Shown one piece after another: positions 1-7,383 of a stretch of 46,236 nt of DNA. The notes below the pieces were generated by a model. The model was not told the origin of the DNA. It did no database searches and saw nothing but the letters and a program-made list of their open reading frames with translations. The translations under genes were made by a program, and so were the position numbers. The stretch is from the IMG/VR virus record IMGVR_UViG_3300050821_011268, positions 1 to 46,236 of that record; one strand, given 5' to 3'. The DNA comes from a virus. Position 1 is the stretch's first letter. Every line of letters begins with the position of its first letter.

Positions 1-97
1 GGACCGAGACACAGCCCGCAAACATCGTTATGCTTTATTGCATAGTGTACTGACCATGGTCACTAACGTGGAGTTTCCTCAAGTGGATGCAGGGCTT
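1..97. repeat. Terminal direct repeat, copy 1 (identical to 46140..46236); marks circular closure or an assembly overlap
   Basis: Base-by-base comparison: nt 1-97 equal nt 46140-46236. The ORF ending at 46192 is the same sequence as nt 1-53. Confidence 0.95.
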
Positions 98-307
98 GTC
101 ACAGTAGTCGTGTCCTTTGTGAGCTTAGTGGCCTGGGCCGTGCGGCTAGAGGCAAAGACTTCGACCAACACACGCGACAATTGGAAACTTGAAAAGAGGC
201 TCGACCGCATGGAATTAAGACACGAGGAGCTTGATTCGAAGGTCATGGAAAAGCTCTCTAAAATTGAAACCATTGTCGCTAACATCCAAGGACAATTGAT
301 CAAATGA
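56..307 (+). CDS. Small membrane protein with an N-terminal TM helix plus coiled coil (holin or i-spanin-like candidate)
   Basis: ATG at 56, 3 nt after the collar-gene stop (51-53). Hydrophobic AGLVTVVVSFVSLVAWAV is followed by a heptad-like charged helix. ATGA overlap with the next gene at 304-307. The track start at 38 (TTG) would overlap the upstream gene. Confidence 0.5.
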   Translation: MVTNVEFPQVDAGLVTVVVSFVSLVAWAVRLEAKTSTNTRDNWKLEKRLDRMELRHEELDSKVMEKLSKIETIVANIQGQLIK

Positions 308-720
308 ACGCCTCAATAAAACGACAACAGTTTAGATCTGACGGAATTTTTGGTGTGATGTCGAACGAACAAGGTAATGTATTTTGCGTCACTCTGGAGC
401 ATGCCTATCAAGACCCATTATCCGGTCTCTGGGTGCCCAAAGTGGCAGCGGCCGTTTACACTTGTGTGAGACATCCGCCAAACCGGCTTCCTTATGAAAC
501 TTTTATGCTCTACAATGTGCCCAATTTCCAGAATCAATCTGTAGACGGCATTCTCCTCCATGTCTTAAATTTTAATCGCGAATCACAAGGTTGCATTGGA
601 CTCGGGCAGGAAGTGGCCGACATCGGTTCAGAAGAGATGATCACGCACAGCCAAAACACTTTTGACGCATTCATGGCTCTGCAAATTGGTGTTGATTCGT
701 TCCAACTTACGATTTCATAA
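304..720 (+). CDS. DUF5675-like / YkuD-fold (L,D-transpeptidase-like) protein; candidate cell-wall enzyme (endolysin role inferred)
   Basis: The motif LHVLNFNRESQGCIGLG (His-x10-Ser-x-Gly-Cys) resembles the L,D-transpeptidase/DUF5675 catalytic signature. It sits between two small membrane proteins. Confidence 0.55.
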   Translation: MNASIKRQQFRSDGIFGVMSNEQGNVFCVTLEHAYQDPLSGLWVPKVAAAVYTCVRHPPNRLPYETFMLYNVPNFQNQSVDGILLHVLNFNRESQGCIGLGQEVADIGSEEMITHSQNTFDAFMALQIGVDSFQLTIS

Positions 721-744
721 ACGGCAAACCAAAGGAAGAAACAG

Positions 745-981
745 ATGAACTTACAAGATTGGCTGCAAGGAAATTGGGGAATAATCGCAACGGTTATGTG
801 GGGTGTTTGTGAACTCCTAAATCAGATCCCACAAATCAAAGCCAACACCATTGGGCAAATGATTCTTCAAGGGATCATGGCCGCGATCAAAGGCCAAGTC
901 GTTGCCGCACCTGTTTCCATTGCTGTAAGCCCGCCACCGGCCGCAGTCGTTCCCGCGTCTGTCCCGGCCGCTGCTCCCTGA
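745..981 (+). CDS. Small hydrophobic protein with a Pro/Ala-rich tail (holin candidate)
   Basis: SD AAGGAAG lies upstream of ATG 745. Hydrophobic WGIIATVMWGVCELL and ILQGIMAAI segments. It is the last gene before the terminator hairpin. Confidence 0.5.
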   Translation: MNLQDWLQGNWGIIATVMWGVCELLNQIPQIKANTIGQMILQGIMAAIKGQVVAAPVSIAVSPPPAAVVPASVPAAAP

Positions 982-1039
982 AAGGGTAATGGCGCTATTG
1001 AGGCCAGTGACCACTCAATAAGTGTTATAGGTAAGATAG

Positions 1040-1068
1040 CCCTCACCAGTGGGGAGGGTGCCCTTTTT
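1040..1068 (+). terminator. Rho-independent terminator candidate ending the rightward unit
   Basis: CCCTCACC-AGT-GGGGAGGG stem (one mismatch) at 1040-1058, followed by TGCCCTTTTT. Confidence 0.5.
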
Positions 1069-1252
1069 GAAAAGTATCCATGGCTAAACATACCTATAGT
1101 AAAACAATTTATAGAATATGTACTAAATCTGTTTGAAACTGAAGTAGTGTTGTCTCTTCAAAGAACAACAGGCATGGTCATTTACTTCGTGAGCGAAGAA
1201 AAAAATGCGAAAGCTGCCAGTGCAGCTTCCGAGGTTCTTAAAAAGGTACAAA

Positions 1253-1603
1253 ATGACCCAAACGCTAGTCCTTCCGCTAAACAACAAGCCGCTAAAGATT
1301 TTGAGTCCGCATACGCTTCGCTTATCCGTTTTTCTGGTGATTCTTCTAATCCCTCTTCTTAGTCGCTGCACCATCCCCATAAAGGATGATCCGGTCTATG
1401 TGGACCGGGGACCAGATGGTGCTATCTGGATCATGCAGAATTCTAAAGGTCATGGGGACCTCACCAAAGCGAATTGGGATTTTTTGCGTCAAGGAATGGT
1501 GTGTGAGAGCACTTTGGCCTATGCACACTTGAAAGAAGCAATAGAAACCCTTTGCAAGAACACCGGCAAATGTACGTTCGAAAGGGCGCCCGCCACACCT
1601 TAG
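1253..1603 (+). CDS. Hypothetical exported / lipoprotein-like protein (o-spanin-like role is speculative)
   Basis: ATG 1253 with weak SD AAAGG. The basic n-region is followed by LSVFLVILLIPLLSRC, then a Cys-containing soluble part. The start is uncertain because frame overlap with ORF 1147..1362 is unresolved. Confidence 0.35.
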   Translation: MTQTLVLPLNNKPLKILSPHTLRLSVFLVILLIPLLSRCTIPIKDDPVYVDRGPDGAIWIMQNSKGHGDLTKANWDFLRQGMVCESTLAYAHLKEAIETLCKNTGKCTFERAPATP

Positions 1604-1758
1604 TGTTTGAAGCGGTTATTCCATTGATGAATGTAGAGGGTGCGCAATTCTAGATATTGTTCCCACAGTTCCACGCGCTCCCGAGACAAATGGGGCGCGT
1701 GTTGGTAGGCCCAGAAAGCGGCTTGTATTTGTTCAAGGAGTTGCGCTAGAGGATTCAT
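1600..1758 (-). CDS. Hypothetical 52-aa protein (below the ORF-track cut-off)
   Basis: My translation is MNPLAQLLEQIQAAFWAYQHAPHLSRERVELWEQYLELRTLYIHQWNNRFKH. SD AAGGTG lies before the ATG at 1758. It is the last gene of the leftward unit, and its stop overlaps the stop of the convergent ORF 1253..1603. Confidence 0.4.
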   Translation of the reverse strand: MNPLAQLLEQIQAAFWAYQHAPHLSRERVELWEQYLELRTLYIHQWNNRFKH

Positions 1759-2083
1759 TCTGCACCTTATTCACTGACTTTAAGTATCCGGCAAAGAGTA
1801 AACAATAATTTGCGAGATCGAGCAAAGTATCTTCGACGGATTCGTCCTTCACTTGAAGCGTGCCGTTTGAGATAAAACTCCCGATCCGAGACATCTTGTC
1901 CGACATTCTGGTGATGAAGCCAATCTCGATCACGTCGGGCTTTTGGACGAGACTTCCCACTTGCCTGAAATTAGCGAAAGGGTCCACACCTGAGCCCGAG
2001 TAATCGGCGTTTTTACGCTTGGTGATCTCCATCATTTTGCTGCACATCTGTTGGTGCCACTCCAGGTAATCCGCTTTGGTCAT
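1733..2083 (-). CDS. DUF1599-like all-alpha protein
   Basis: KNADYSG ... RMSDKMSRI ... DESVEDTLLDLANY matches my memory of the DUF1599 pattern. Strong SD AAAGGAG lies 9 nt upstream of the ATG. Confidence 0.55.
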   Translation of the reverse strand: MTKADYLEWHQQMCSKMMEITKRKNADYSGSGVDPFANFRQVGSLVQKPDVIEIGFITRMSDKMSRIGSFISNGTLQVKDESVEDTLLDLANYCLLFAGYLKSVNKVQNESSSATP

Positions 2084-2291
2084 TACTTATTTCTCCTTTG
2101 AGTCTTAAAAGTTCTTCTGAGACGACTTTAAGTTGATAGGTTCTGAGTGCCAGTTCAGTTGAGACGTCTTTCAATCCCTCTTGAGTCAGTTCTAAAAGCT
2201 GTTTCATTTGCCGGGTTTGTTGTCTAGCTGCTTTCAATCGCGTAGTTGAAGACTCATGGACCTTACCTTTCTTTGTTTTCTTTTTGACCAT
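2013..2291 (-). CDS. Hypothetical basic coiled-coil protein
   Basis: SD AAAGGAG lies 7 nt before ATG 2291. Lys-rich N-terminus, then a heptad-like helix. The 3' end overlaps the next gene by 71 nt. Confidence 0.4.
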   Translation of the reverse strand: MVKKKTKKGKVHESSTTRLKAARQQTRQMKQLLELTQEGLKDVSTELALRTYQLKVVSEELLRLKGEISNDQSGLPGVAPTDVQQNDGDHQA

Positions 2292-2550
2292 TTGTCATCT
2301 CCTTTTCTGGTAATGGTTTTTCCCAATCACATTCTGGGTCCATACCTTCGCATATTGGACAAGTTAAATCTAGCATTTCAATTCGCGTGTTTATATTCAT
2401 GTCGGTAAAAGTAGATCGGCAGCCTTTGGGACACGGGCCAGCCGCTAAAGCAGACGTCATTCGTATTTTAGCTTCGGCTTCTGGTGGGAAAGGAAGAGTT
2501 CTATTCAATTCCTCACCACAATCCGCACATTTGATTATAGCTATTCGCAT
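2263..2550 (-). CDS. Cys-rich zinc-finger-like protein
   Basis: CADCGEEL ... CPKGC ... CPICEGMDPEC Cys pairs. I chose the internal ATG at 2550 because it forms an ATGCGAATAG overlap with the upstream stop. The track ORF extends to 2628. Confidence 0.5.
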   Translation of the reverse strand: MRIAIIKCADCGEELNRTLPFPPEAEAKIRMTSALAAGPCPKGCRSTFTDMNINTRIEMLDLTCPICEGMDPECDWEKPLPEKEMTNGQKENKER

Positions 2551-2816
2551 CCATTCAGCTCCGCAATCAACATATCTGCCGCGTTCACTGCATGTTTGGC
2601 AAAAGGCCACACACTTATTTGGCTGCAAAATTCCGGATTGGCTAGGATTCCTTGAAGGGCCAAAGATGCAAAATATTCTCGTTTGGTGAGAGGTGGGTGA
2701 TCTTGAAAATCTTTTCGAACTATTGCTAAACGATCTTGAAAACTTTTTTCCGTTTCTCCATTTTCTTGTTTCACTACGTCAAGTGCGATTATAGGATCAT
2801 TCGGATTCGTTTTCAT
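2541..2816 (-). CDS. Hypothetical protein
   Basis: 91-aa ORF in the operon chain. The motif EYFASLALQGILAN resembles a motif common in small phage proteins. Confidence 0.55.
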   Translation of the reverse strand: MKTNPNDPIIALDVVKQENGETEKSFQDRLAIVRKDFQDHPPLTKREYFASLALQGILANPEFCSQISVWPFAKHAVNAADMLIAELNGCE

Positions 2817-3007
2817 TTACCCTCCCCAGTAGAATCTATTAATGACTCTAAAATTCTTTTCAACAATACCTGATAAGTTTTGCCTTTGAACGTGGTCAAT
2901 GCCCACTTTTTACAACCGAATTTTTTATAAGACGCCCTAGCTTTCCCAGTCATATCGTTGAATGTGACTTTGCATCCGTCTCCAGTTTCGAGAATGTGAA
3001 TCGTCAT
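2813..3007 (-). CDS. Hypothetical protein
   Basis: 64-aa ORF. TAATG overlap with the upstream micro-gene and ATGA overlap with the downstream gene. Confidence 0.5.
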   Translation of the reverse strand: MTIHILETGDGCKVTFNDMTGKARASYKKFGCKKWALTTFKGKTYQVLLKRILESLIDSTGEGK

Positions 3008-3180
3008 TATTTAGACTCTCCTTTAGAATCTGGCTCAGGCATGTAATTCGCGGGGCCTCGAAGTTGATCACACCATCCTTCGCCGGAATCGCATCGTGTA
3101 CAGTCTTCACAAATGCGAATATCGTCATCGTCTTGGATGCTTATTTCGCATCCACAGCACTTGCAATAGAAGCGTGTCAT
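3007..3180 (-). CDS. Cys-rich 57-aa micro-protein (zinc-ribbon-like), missed by the ORF track
   Basis: My translation is MTRFYCKCCGCEISIQDDDDIRICEDCTRCDSGEGWCDQLRGPANYMPEPDSKGESK. SD AGGAGAG lies 8 nt upstream. The stop overlaps the next ATG (TAATG). Confidence 0.5.
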   Translation of the reverse strand: MTRFYCKCCGCEISIQDDDDIRICEDCTRCDSGEGWCDQLRGPANYMPEPDSKGESK

Positions 3181-3199
3181 TTAGATTCTCTCCTAGTAT

Positions 3200-5179
3200 C
3201 TATTCTTTCCGGTATCTGTATTTTTCCCAGCCCTTTGCTTTCACAGGCAGCCCCTTTGCCCATTCTGGCAATTTGGTGAGGGCTTCTACATACTCCTCTA
3301 AATTCCCATTCTTCTTTTGTGCAACAATTTCATCATGCACGTTGAAAAGGGGTTGATATCCTTTAAATCTTGCTTCCCAATTGCCATTCACCATTATATC
3401 GCGGGCGCAGCCTTGTACACAGTTTTCAACTAAACGACCCCCGTATGTGCTGCTTTTTTCCCATTTCTTAGTCACGGGGTTACTGCCCCAATGAAAGAGA
3501 GTGGGGCCGGGCTCACCCCAAGGCTTCATTTCTGATTTAATGCTAGGACCATAATAAGCCAACTTACGGCCTGATGGCAGGGTACACCAGAGAAAGCCTT
3601 TGGAGAATTCCCAGGAAGTTCGACAAGTAGTGAAAGTGCGTCCGGGCTTAAGCGTAGCGTTGATGGCCGCGCTCTCAATATCACCCCACATCGACGGCAC
3701 TTCTTCATGTGTGGATCTATAGACTGAAACAGCCCGCTTTGCGAGAGCTTCGGACACTCCTTTGACTTTGTATTTGACACACGTTTCAAAAAACTTTTTG
3801 TGTCCCATGCCAAATCCACAGCCAAGCACGACGCGCTTACCGACTTCTCTTTGATCATACGTGACCTTTTCGACAGAACAGCCAAAGATTTTAGCTGCCA
3901 TAATTTTATATGAATCAATATTGTTTAGATATTGGTGAAGAGCTGTTTTATTGTCGCACATCCAGGCCAACACTCTGGCTTCAATGGCGCTGTAATCGGC
4001 GGCATAAAGCATTTGGCCCTCGTCTGCCGTCACCATGCCGCGTACACAAGACGAGAACACTTCGAAGGCGTCACCATAGAGAAACTGAATTTCTTCTAAA
4101 GAAGAGGTGTTGATGAGATCAATGGCTAGATCGGTGTTTTTGATTTTTCCCTTCACGATATTCTGAAGCTGTAAACCCCTGCCCGCTTCACGTCCAGTAC
4201 TGGCCCCGTGATAGAGGCTATAATCCTTCACCCTGCCGTCGCGGCTCACACGTTTAAGCATGGCCGGATATTTCTTGAGTGCTGAGCGGCCGACAGCTTG
4301 ACGAATGGTGAGGGCTCGCCTTGCGGGTCCTATCGCCACATATACCCCGCGCGGATTCTTAGCGGCCAATAGCTCTGTCACAGTTCCCGCTTGCAAATTT
4401 CCAATGGTGAGACCTTCACTGCGTAGCCAATTTAAAAAAGGCTCCCGCTTATTGGCACTCGTCACTTCGCCATAGGTGATTTGGGTCAGTTCTCGGTTGA
4501 GCCGGTCGGTCTCTAAGCCAATCCATTCTTGAATTTTCTTGGCCGATCTCACATCCACTCGCACACCGTGGAGATTCATCCGGATGTTCATAAGCCATAT
4601 TTTTCGCTCGAAGGGAATGAGATCAGGGAGACGGTTGTCTAGGAGTTCCGTCACTGTCACGTCCGTCCTACAGTATTTATATATCTCATTAAGCTCTTCT
4701 GGATCGCTGAAATATTTATCGCCCGTTCCTGATTTCTTCCAAGCGGGCCTTGGCTTCATGTACTTTTTCATGAGCTTTGAACCAAGTCCCATGTCTTTTT
4801 GCACAGGGAGCTTAAGCGCAAGGGCAGCGCCTTCTAAATTACGGGGAAGGGCACAAGCTGCGGCTTTGGCAGCGGTACAATCAAAACGTGAGGGCGCAAG
4901 ATCGGGTAACCAAAGAAATCTCGCACGTAAGACATAATTGTAAATGACATATTCGAAAAGAGCATTGTGCGCCACCCACACCACCGTGGGGTCTTTAAGA
5001 AGAGCAATAAAGCGCCTTGGAAATTCCGTGCCCGGATACCAAATGCCGGGATGACAGCCGGGCTCTTTCCAAGAAAGGCAAACCACTTCTGTGGTGGGGT
5101 GTTGCGCGTAAGTGACTGCGCCGGTTTTCTTTAGATCTATTTCGCTTCTCGTTTCGAAGTCCAGGTAAACGCGGGTCAT
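3200..5179 (-). CDS. Family-A DNA polymerase with 3'-5' exonuclease domain
   Basis: Exo motifs DFETRS, HNALFE and YCRTD. Pol motifs DYSAIEARVLAW (A), REVGKRVVLGCGFGMG (B) and NVHDEIV (C). Confidence 0.95.
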   Translation of the reverse strand: MTRVYLDFETRSEIDLKKTGAVTYAQHPTTEVVCLSWKEPGCHPGIWYPGTEFPRRFIALLKDPTVVWVAHNALFEYVIYNYVLRARFLWLPDLAPSRFDCTAAKAAACALPRNLEGAALALKLPVQKDMGLGSKLMKKYMKPRPAWKKSGTGDKYFSDPEELNEIYKYCRTDVTVTELLDNRLPDLIPFERKIWLMNIRMNLHGVRVDVRSAKKIQEWIGLETDRLNRELTQITYGEVTSANKREPFLNWLRSEGLTIGNLQAGTVTELLAAKNPRGVYVAIGPARRALTIRQAVGRSALKKYPAMLKRVSRDGRVKDYSLYHGASTGREAGRGLQLQNIVKGKIKNTDLAIDLINTSSLEEIQFLYGDAFEVFSSCVRGMVTADEGQMLYAADYSAIEARVLAWMCDNKTALHQYLNNIDSYKIMAAKIFGCSVEKVTYDQREVGKRVVLGCGFGMGHKKFFETCVKYKVKGVSEALAKRAVSVYRSTHEEVPSMWGDIESAAINATLKPGRTFTTCRTSWEFSKGFLWCTLPSGRKLAYYGPSIKSEMKPWGEPGPTLFHWGSNPVTKKWEKSSTYGGRLVENCVQGCARDIMVNGNWEARFKGYQPLFNVHDEIVAQKKNGNLEEYVEALTKLPEWAKGLPVKAKGWEKYRYRKE

Positions 5180-5415
5180 TCTTCACATTCGATCACATTG
5201 GTGGGATTGTACATCTTAAACTTGTGCATACTTCCCCATTCACATCCCGTGAGCGTGAGAAACGAATGCGAATTGTTCCAACTTTCGCATACCGGATTGA
5301 ATGCGGAATAGCCGTTTCGCACGCAATATTTTATTTTCTTTGTCGCGCCCGCGTCCGTGTTTCTGGTACAGCTTATCGAGAGAAAAGAAAGAGTCACGCA
5401 TAGGGTGAATTTCAC
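5176..5415 (-). CDS. Small exported, Cys-rich protein, possibly a lipoprotein
   Basis: MKFTLCVTLSFLSISC is signal-like but its lipobox is non-canonical. Five further Cys follow. ATGA overlaps on both sides. Confidence 0.5.
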   Translation of the reverse strand: MKFTLCVTLSFLSISCTRNTDAGATKKIKYCVRNGYSAFNPVCESWNNSHSFLTLTGCEWGSMHKFKMYNPTNVIECEE

Positions 5416-5642
5416 GTTTTTTCCTTCATCTCGTGTGTCTCCGGATCGAGCAATTCCGCACGATGAATTTGCACGTTACCTAGGAATTTAAGCCGCACTT
5501 GTTGGCCTTTTATTTCCACCACTTGGATTTCTAAAAGTCCATGTTCCACCATCACACTTTCGCCCAGTTTTCTGGTGAGGACTAATCCCGGCCGTCTGTC
5601 CACGGTGGTGTGATTGGGTTTCTTCTTGATGATCTCGGTCAT
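5412..5642 (-). CDS. csrA: CsrA/RsmA-family RNA-binding protein homologue with a 17-aa N-terminal extension
   Basis: LVLTRKLGESVMV ... VVEIKGQQVRL ... VQIHRAEL aligns by eye with E. coli CsrA (LILTRRVGETLMI ... VLGVKGNQVRI ... VSVHREEI). Confidence 0.7.
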   Translation of the reverse strand: MTEIIKKKPNHTTVDRRPGLVLTRKLGESVMVEHGLLEIQVVEIKGQQVRLKFLGNVQIHRAELLDPETHEMKEKT

Positions 5643-5723
5643 CGCTTTCGTCCCAATAGGATGCCCACCGTTAAAAGGAGAGCACCCATAGTAAGTCCTA
5701 GAATAAATAAAATCACTTTTTAC
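5639..5723 (-). promoter_or_regulatory. Leader of the csrA-like gene, with a coupled 16-codon mini-ORF (5639..5689) and GGA motifs
   Basis: On the minus strand: AGGA, 6 nt, then ATG GGT GCT CTC CTT TTA ACG GTG GGC ATC CTA TTG GGA CGA AAG CGA TGA (MGALLLTVGILLGRKR). The stop overlaps the csrA ATG. GGA motifs occur in CTAGGACTT and TTGGGACGA. Confidence 0.3.
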
Positions 5724-5987
5724 CTATTTTGTTAGGCGTTCTCGGAAGTCCAATGTCACCATATTAACATAGTCTTTCAATACTTTTTCTTGATTAAGCT
5801 TATACAGTTTAATCAATTTGCCCAACATCGGTAAAGGTGGAAGAGTTACCGATCTTTCGACGTTTGACACGAACTGTGTCGTTTTGAATTTGAGCACTTT
5901 GCTCACATCTTTTTGAGTGAGCGATTTCTCTTCGCGATACTTCTTGAGCTTTGCTCCGAAGGCTTTTTTAGCTTCGACATATTTCAT
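5724..5987 (-). CDS. XRE-family helix-turn-helix regulator
   Basis: KSLTQKDVSKVLKFKTTQFVSNVERS fits the HTH_3 pattern. It starts immediately after the SSB stop. Confidence 0.7.
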   Translation of the reverse strand: MKYVEAKKAFGAKLKKYREEKSLTQKDVSKVLKFKTTQFVSNVERSVTLPPLPMLGKLIKLYKLNQEKVLKDYVNMVTLDFRERLTK

Positions 5988-6629
5988 TTAGAGATCTCCA
6001 AAGTCAAAGTCTTCGCCATCGCTGCCGTTGTCGTCTCCGCTATCGTCGCTCTCGTCAGCTTCGTCCGCAATCTCAGCGAAGGCATCTTTAGCCGAACCGC
6101 CTGCACCAAAGGCTTCGCCTTTTTGCCAGAACATGACATGACTAAGATAGAATTTCACGAAATTCTTGGGCTTCCCGTTGTCGTCCACACCGATACCGGG
6201 AATGGCTTTAGCGGTCACTTCAGCCCTAGCATAGCATCCGGCATAGATGTCACGCGGGTTCAAAATGTCCTCGCGCTGACGATTGACCACACCTGGAGGG
6301 CTATCGGCTTTGGTGTCGGCAGACGCGTAGTCGTGACCCGCATAGCCTTTATACTCGGCTTTGTCGTCACCATCGCGCCATGGCCAATGAATCTTGGGCC
6401 ACTTCTCCTTGTCTTTACCCCAACATTCGGCGGCCGCAAGACGTAATTTAGTGTTCATGAGCTTTCTCTCTTCGCTGTCTTTGGGAAAAAGCATGGTGAT
6501 GGAGTATTTAGGGTCCTTTGCTTGCGGAGCTTTATGAGGCTCGAACAAGTGGGGAAACGAGAGCCTGAATGGTGGAGTGACGAATTTCACACCCTTTAAT
6601 TTTTTCTTCTCTTTTTTATCTGTCGCCAC
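5988..6629 (-). CDS. DUF2815-type single-stranded DNA-binding protein
   Basis: N-terminal VKFVTPPFRLSFPHLFEP and the acidic C-terminal tail DESDDSGDDNGSDGEDFDFGDL are typical of this phage SSB family. GTG start. Confidence 0.75.
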   Translation of the reverse strand: MATDKKEKKKLKGVKFVTPPFRLSFPHLFEPHKAPQAKDPKYSITMLFPKDSEERKLMNTKLRLAAAECWGKDKEKWPKIHWPWRDGDDKAEYKGYAGHDYASADTKADSPPGVVNRQREDILNPRDIYAGCYARAEVTAKAIPGIGVDDNGKPKNFVKFYLSHVMFWQKGEAFGAGGSAKDAFAEIADEADESDDSGDDNGSDGEDFDFGDL

Positions 6630-6957
6630 TGGTTATGTTCTCCTTATGAAAAATGAGTTTACGAAAATCCTCTAAATGCTTTTTGGTAGCCGTAAGTTCG
6701 CCGATGTCGTTTGATTCTTGTTTATATCCGGCTCTCGCAAGTCCTGCAACAAGCGCCTCGAAAAAGTTATTGTGTCTAAGAACGGGACCGAATTCCAATG
6801 ACGGATCTCTTCGATTTGTGCCATTTAATTCGAGGGGTTCGAATTCCATTCGCATTGGTTTGCATATGGTCCGTTTACCATCAGGACCTACCATGACTAT
6901 GTAGCACGCTGTCATACCGGACCACGGTTGATTGTCGAAATAGATTTCAATTTGCAT
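6616..6957 (-). CDS. Hypothetical protein
   Basis: 113-aa ORF in the operon chain, with short overlaps at both ends. Confidence 0.5.
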   Translation of the reverse strand: MQIEIYFDNQPWSGMTACYIVMVGPDGKRTICKPMRMEFEPLELNGTNRRDPSLEFGPVLRHNNFFEALVAGLARAGYKQESNDIGELTATKKHLEDFRKLIFHKENITSGDR

Positions 6958-7180
6958 GTGAACTGTTCAATTGGTCGACACAAGCCATAATGGCCTTAGA
7001 AAAACTTTCAGCAGTAGCGGCCGTAAACCCTATCCACGAAAGCTGCGTGCCGAATTCTATGATGATTCTTTGCCTGTCGATATTCACACCAATGCGGCAT
7101 TCGAGTCCGCCTTCATCATCGGCGTTGAGTTGACCTTTGGGAAATAATCTTGTGGGGCCAATGTTGTCATCGTCGCTCAT
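6947..7180 (-). CDS. Hypothetical protein
   Basis: 77-aa ORF with an ATGA overlap with the upstream gene. Confidence 0.5.
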   Translation of the reverse strand: MSDDDNIGPTRLFPKGQLNADDEGGLECRIGVNIDRQRIIIEFGTQLSWIGFTAATAESFSKAIMACVDQLNSSHAN

Positions 7181-7383
7181 TCGAGAAGTCCTTCTTTGAT
7201 TTTAATTAGCCAATCACGTTGCTTAAAGCTGAGCCTAGACATTTTCTCGTTTTCCACTTCTTCTATGAAGTCTTTCACTCCGTCCCAATAATCGGAGTCC
7301 AACGCTTTTTCATCGAGCACCCCGCGAGAACAGGGGCCAAACAAATACTGTTCGACGGTTTGCTGAAGTGGGTTGTCGCTCAT
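7177..7383 (-). CDS. Hypothetical acidic protein
   Basis: 68-aa ORF that directly abuts the upstream gene's stop. Confidence 0.5.
   Translation of the reverse strand: MSDNPLQQTVEQYLFGPCSRGVLDEKALDSDYWDGVKDFIEEVENEKMSRLSFKQRDWLIKIKEGLLE

Noticed and set aside
1147-1362. 71-aa plus-strand ORF overlapping 1205..1603 in another frame
   Set aside because: It is not fully rejected. Its sequence (SEEKNAKAASAASEVLKKVQNDP...) is protein-like, but it has no convincing RBS. The other frame continues to the convergence point at 1603. I cannot decide which frame is coding between 1205 and 1362 without codon statistics or homologues.
2937-3128. 63-aa minus-strand track ORF
   Set aside because: It overlaps two better-supported genes (2813..3007 and the 57-aa Cys-rich ORF 3007..3180) that have RBS and TAATG coupling.
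5913-6446. 177-aa plus-strand ORF
   Set aside because: It is antisense to the DUF2815 SSB gene, which has clear family motifs. It lies inside a uniformly minus-strand operon.
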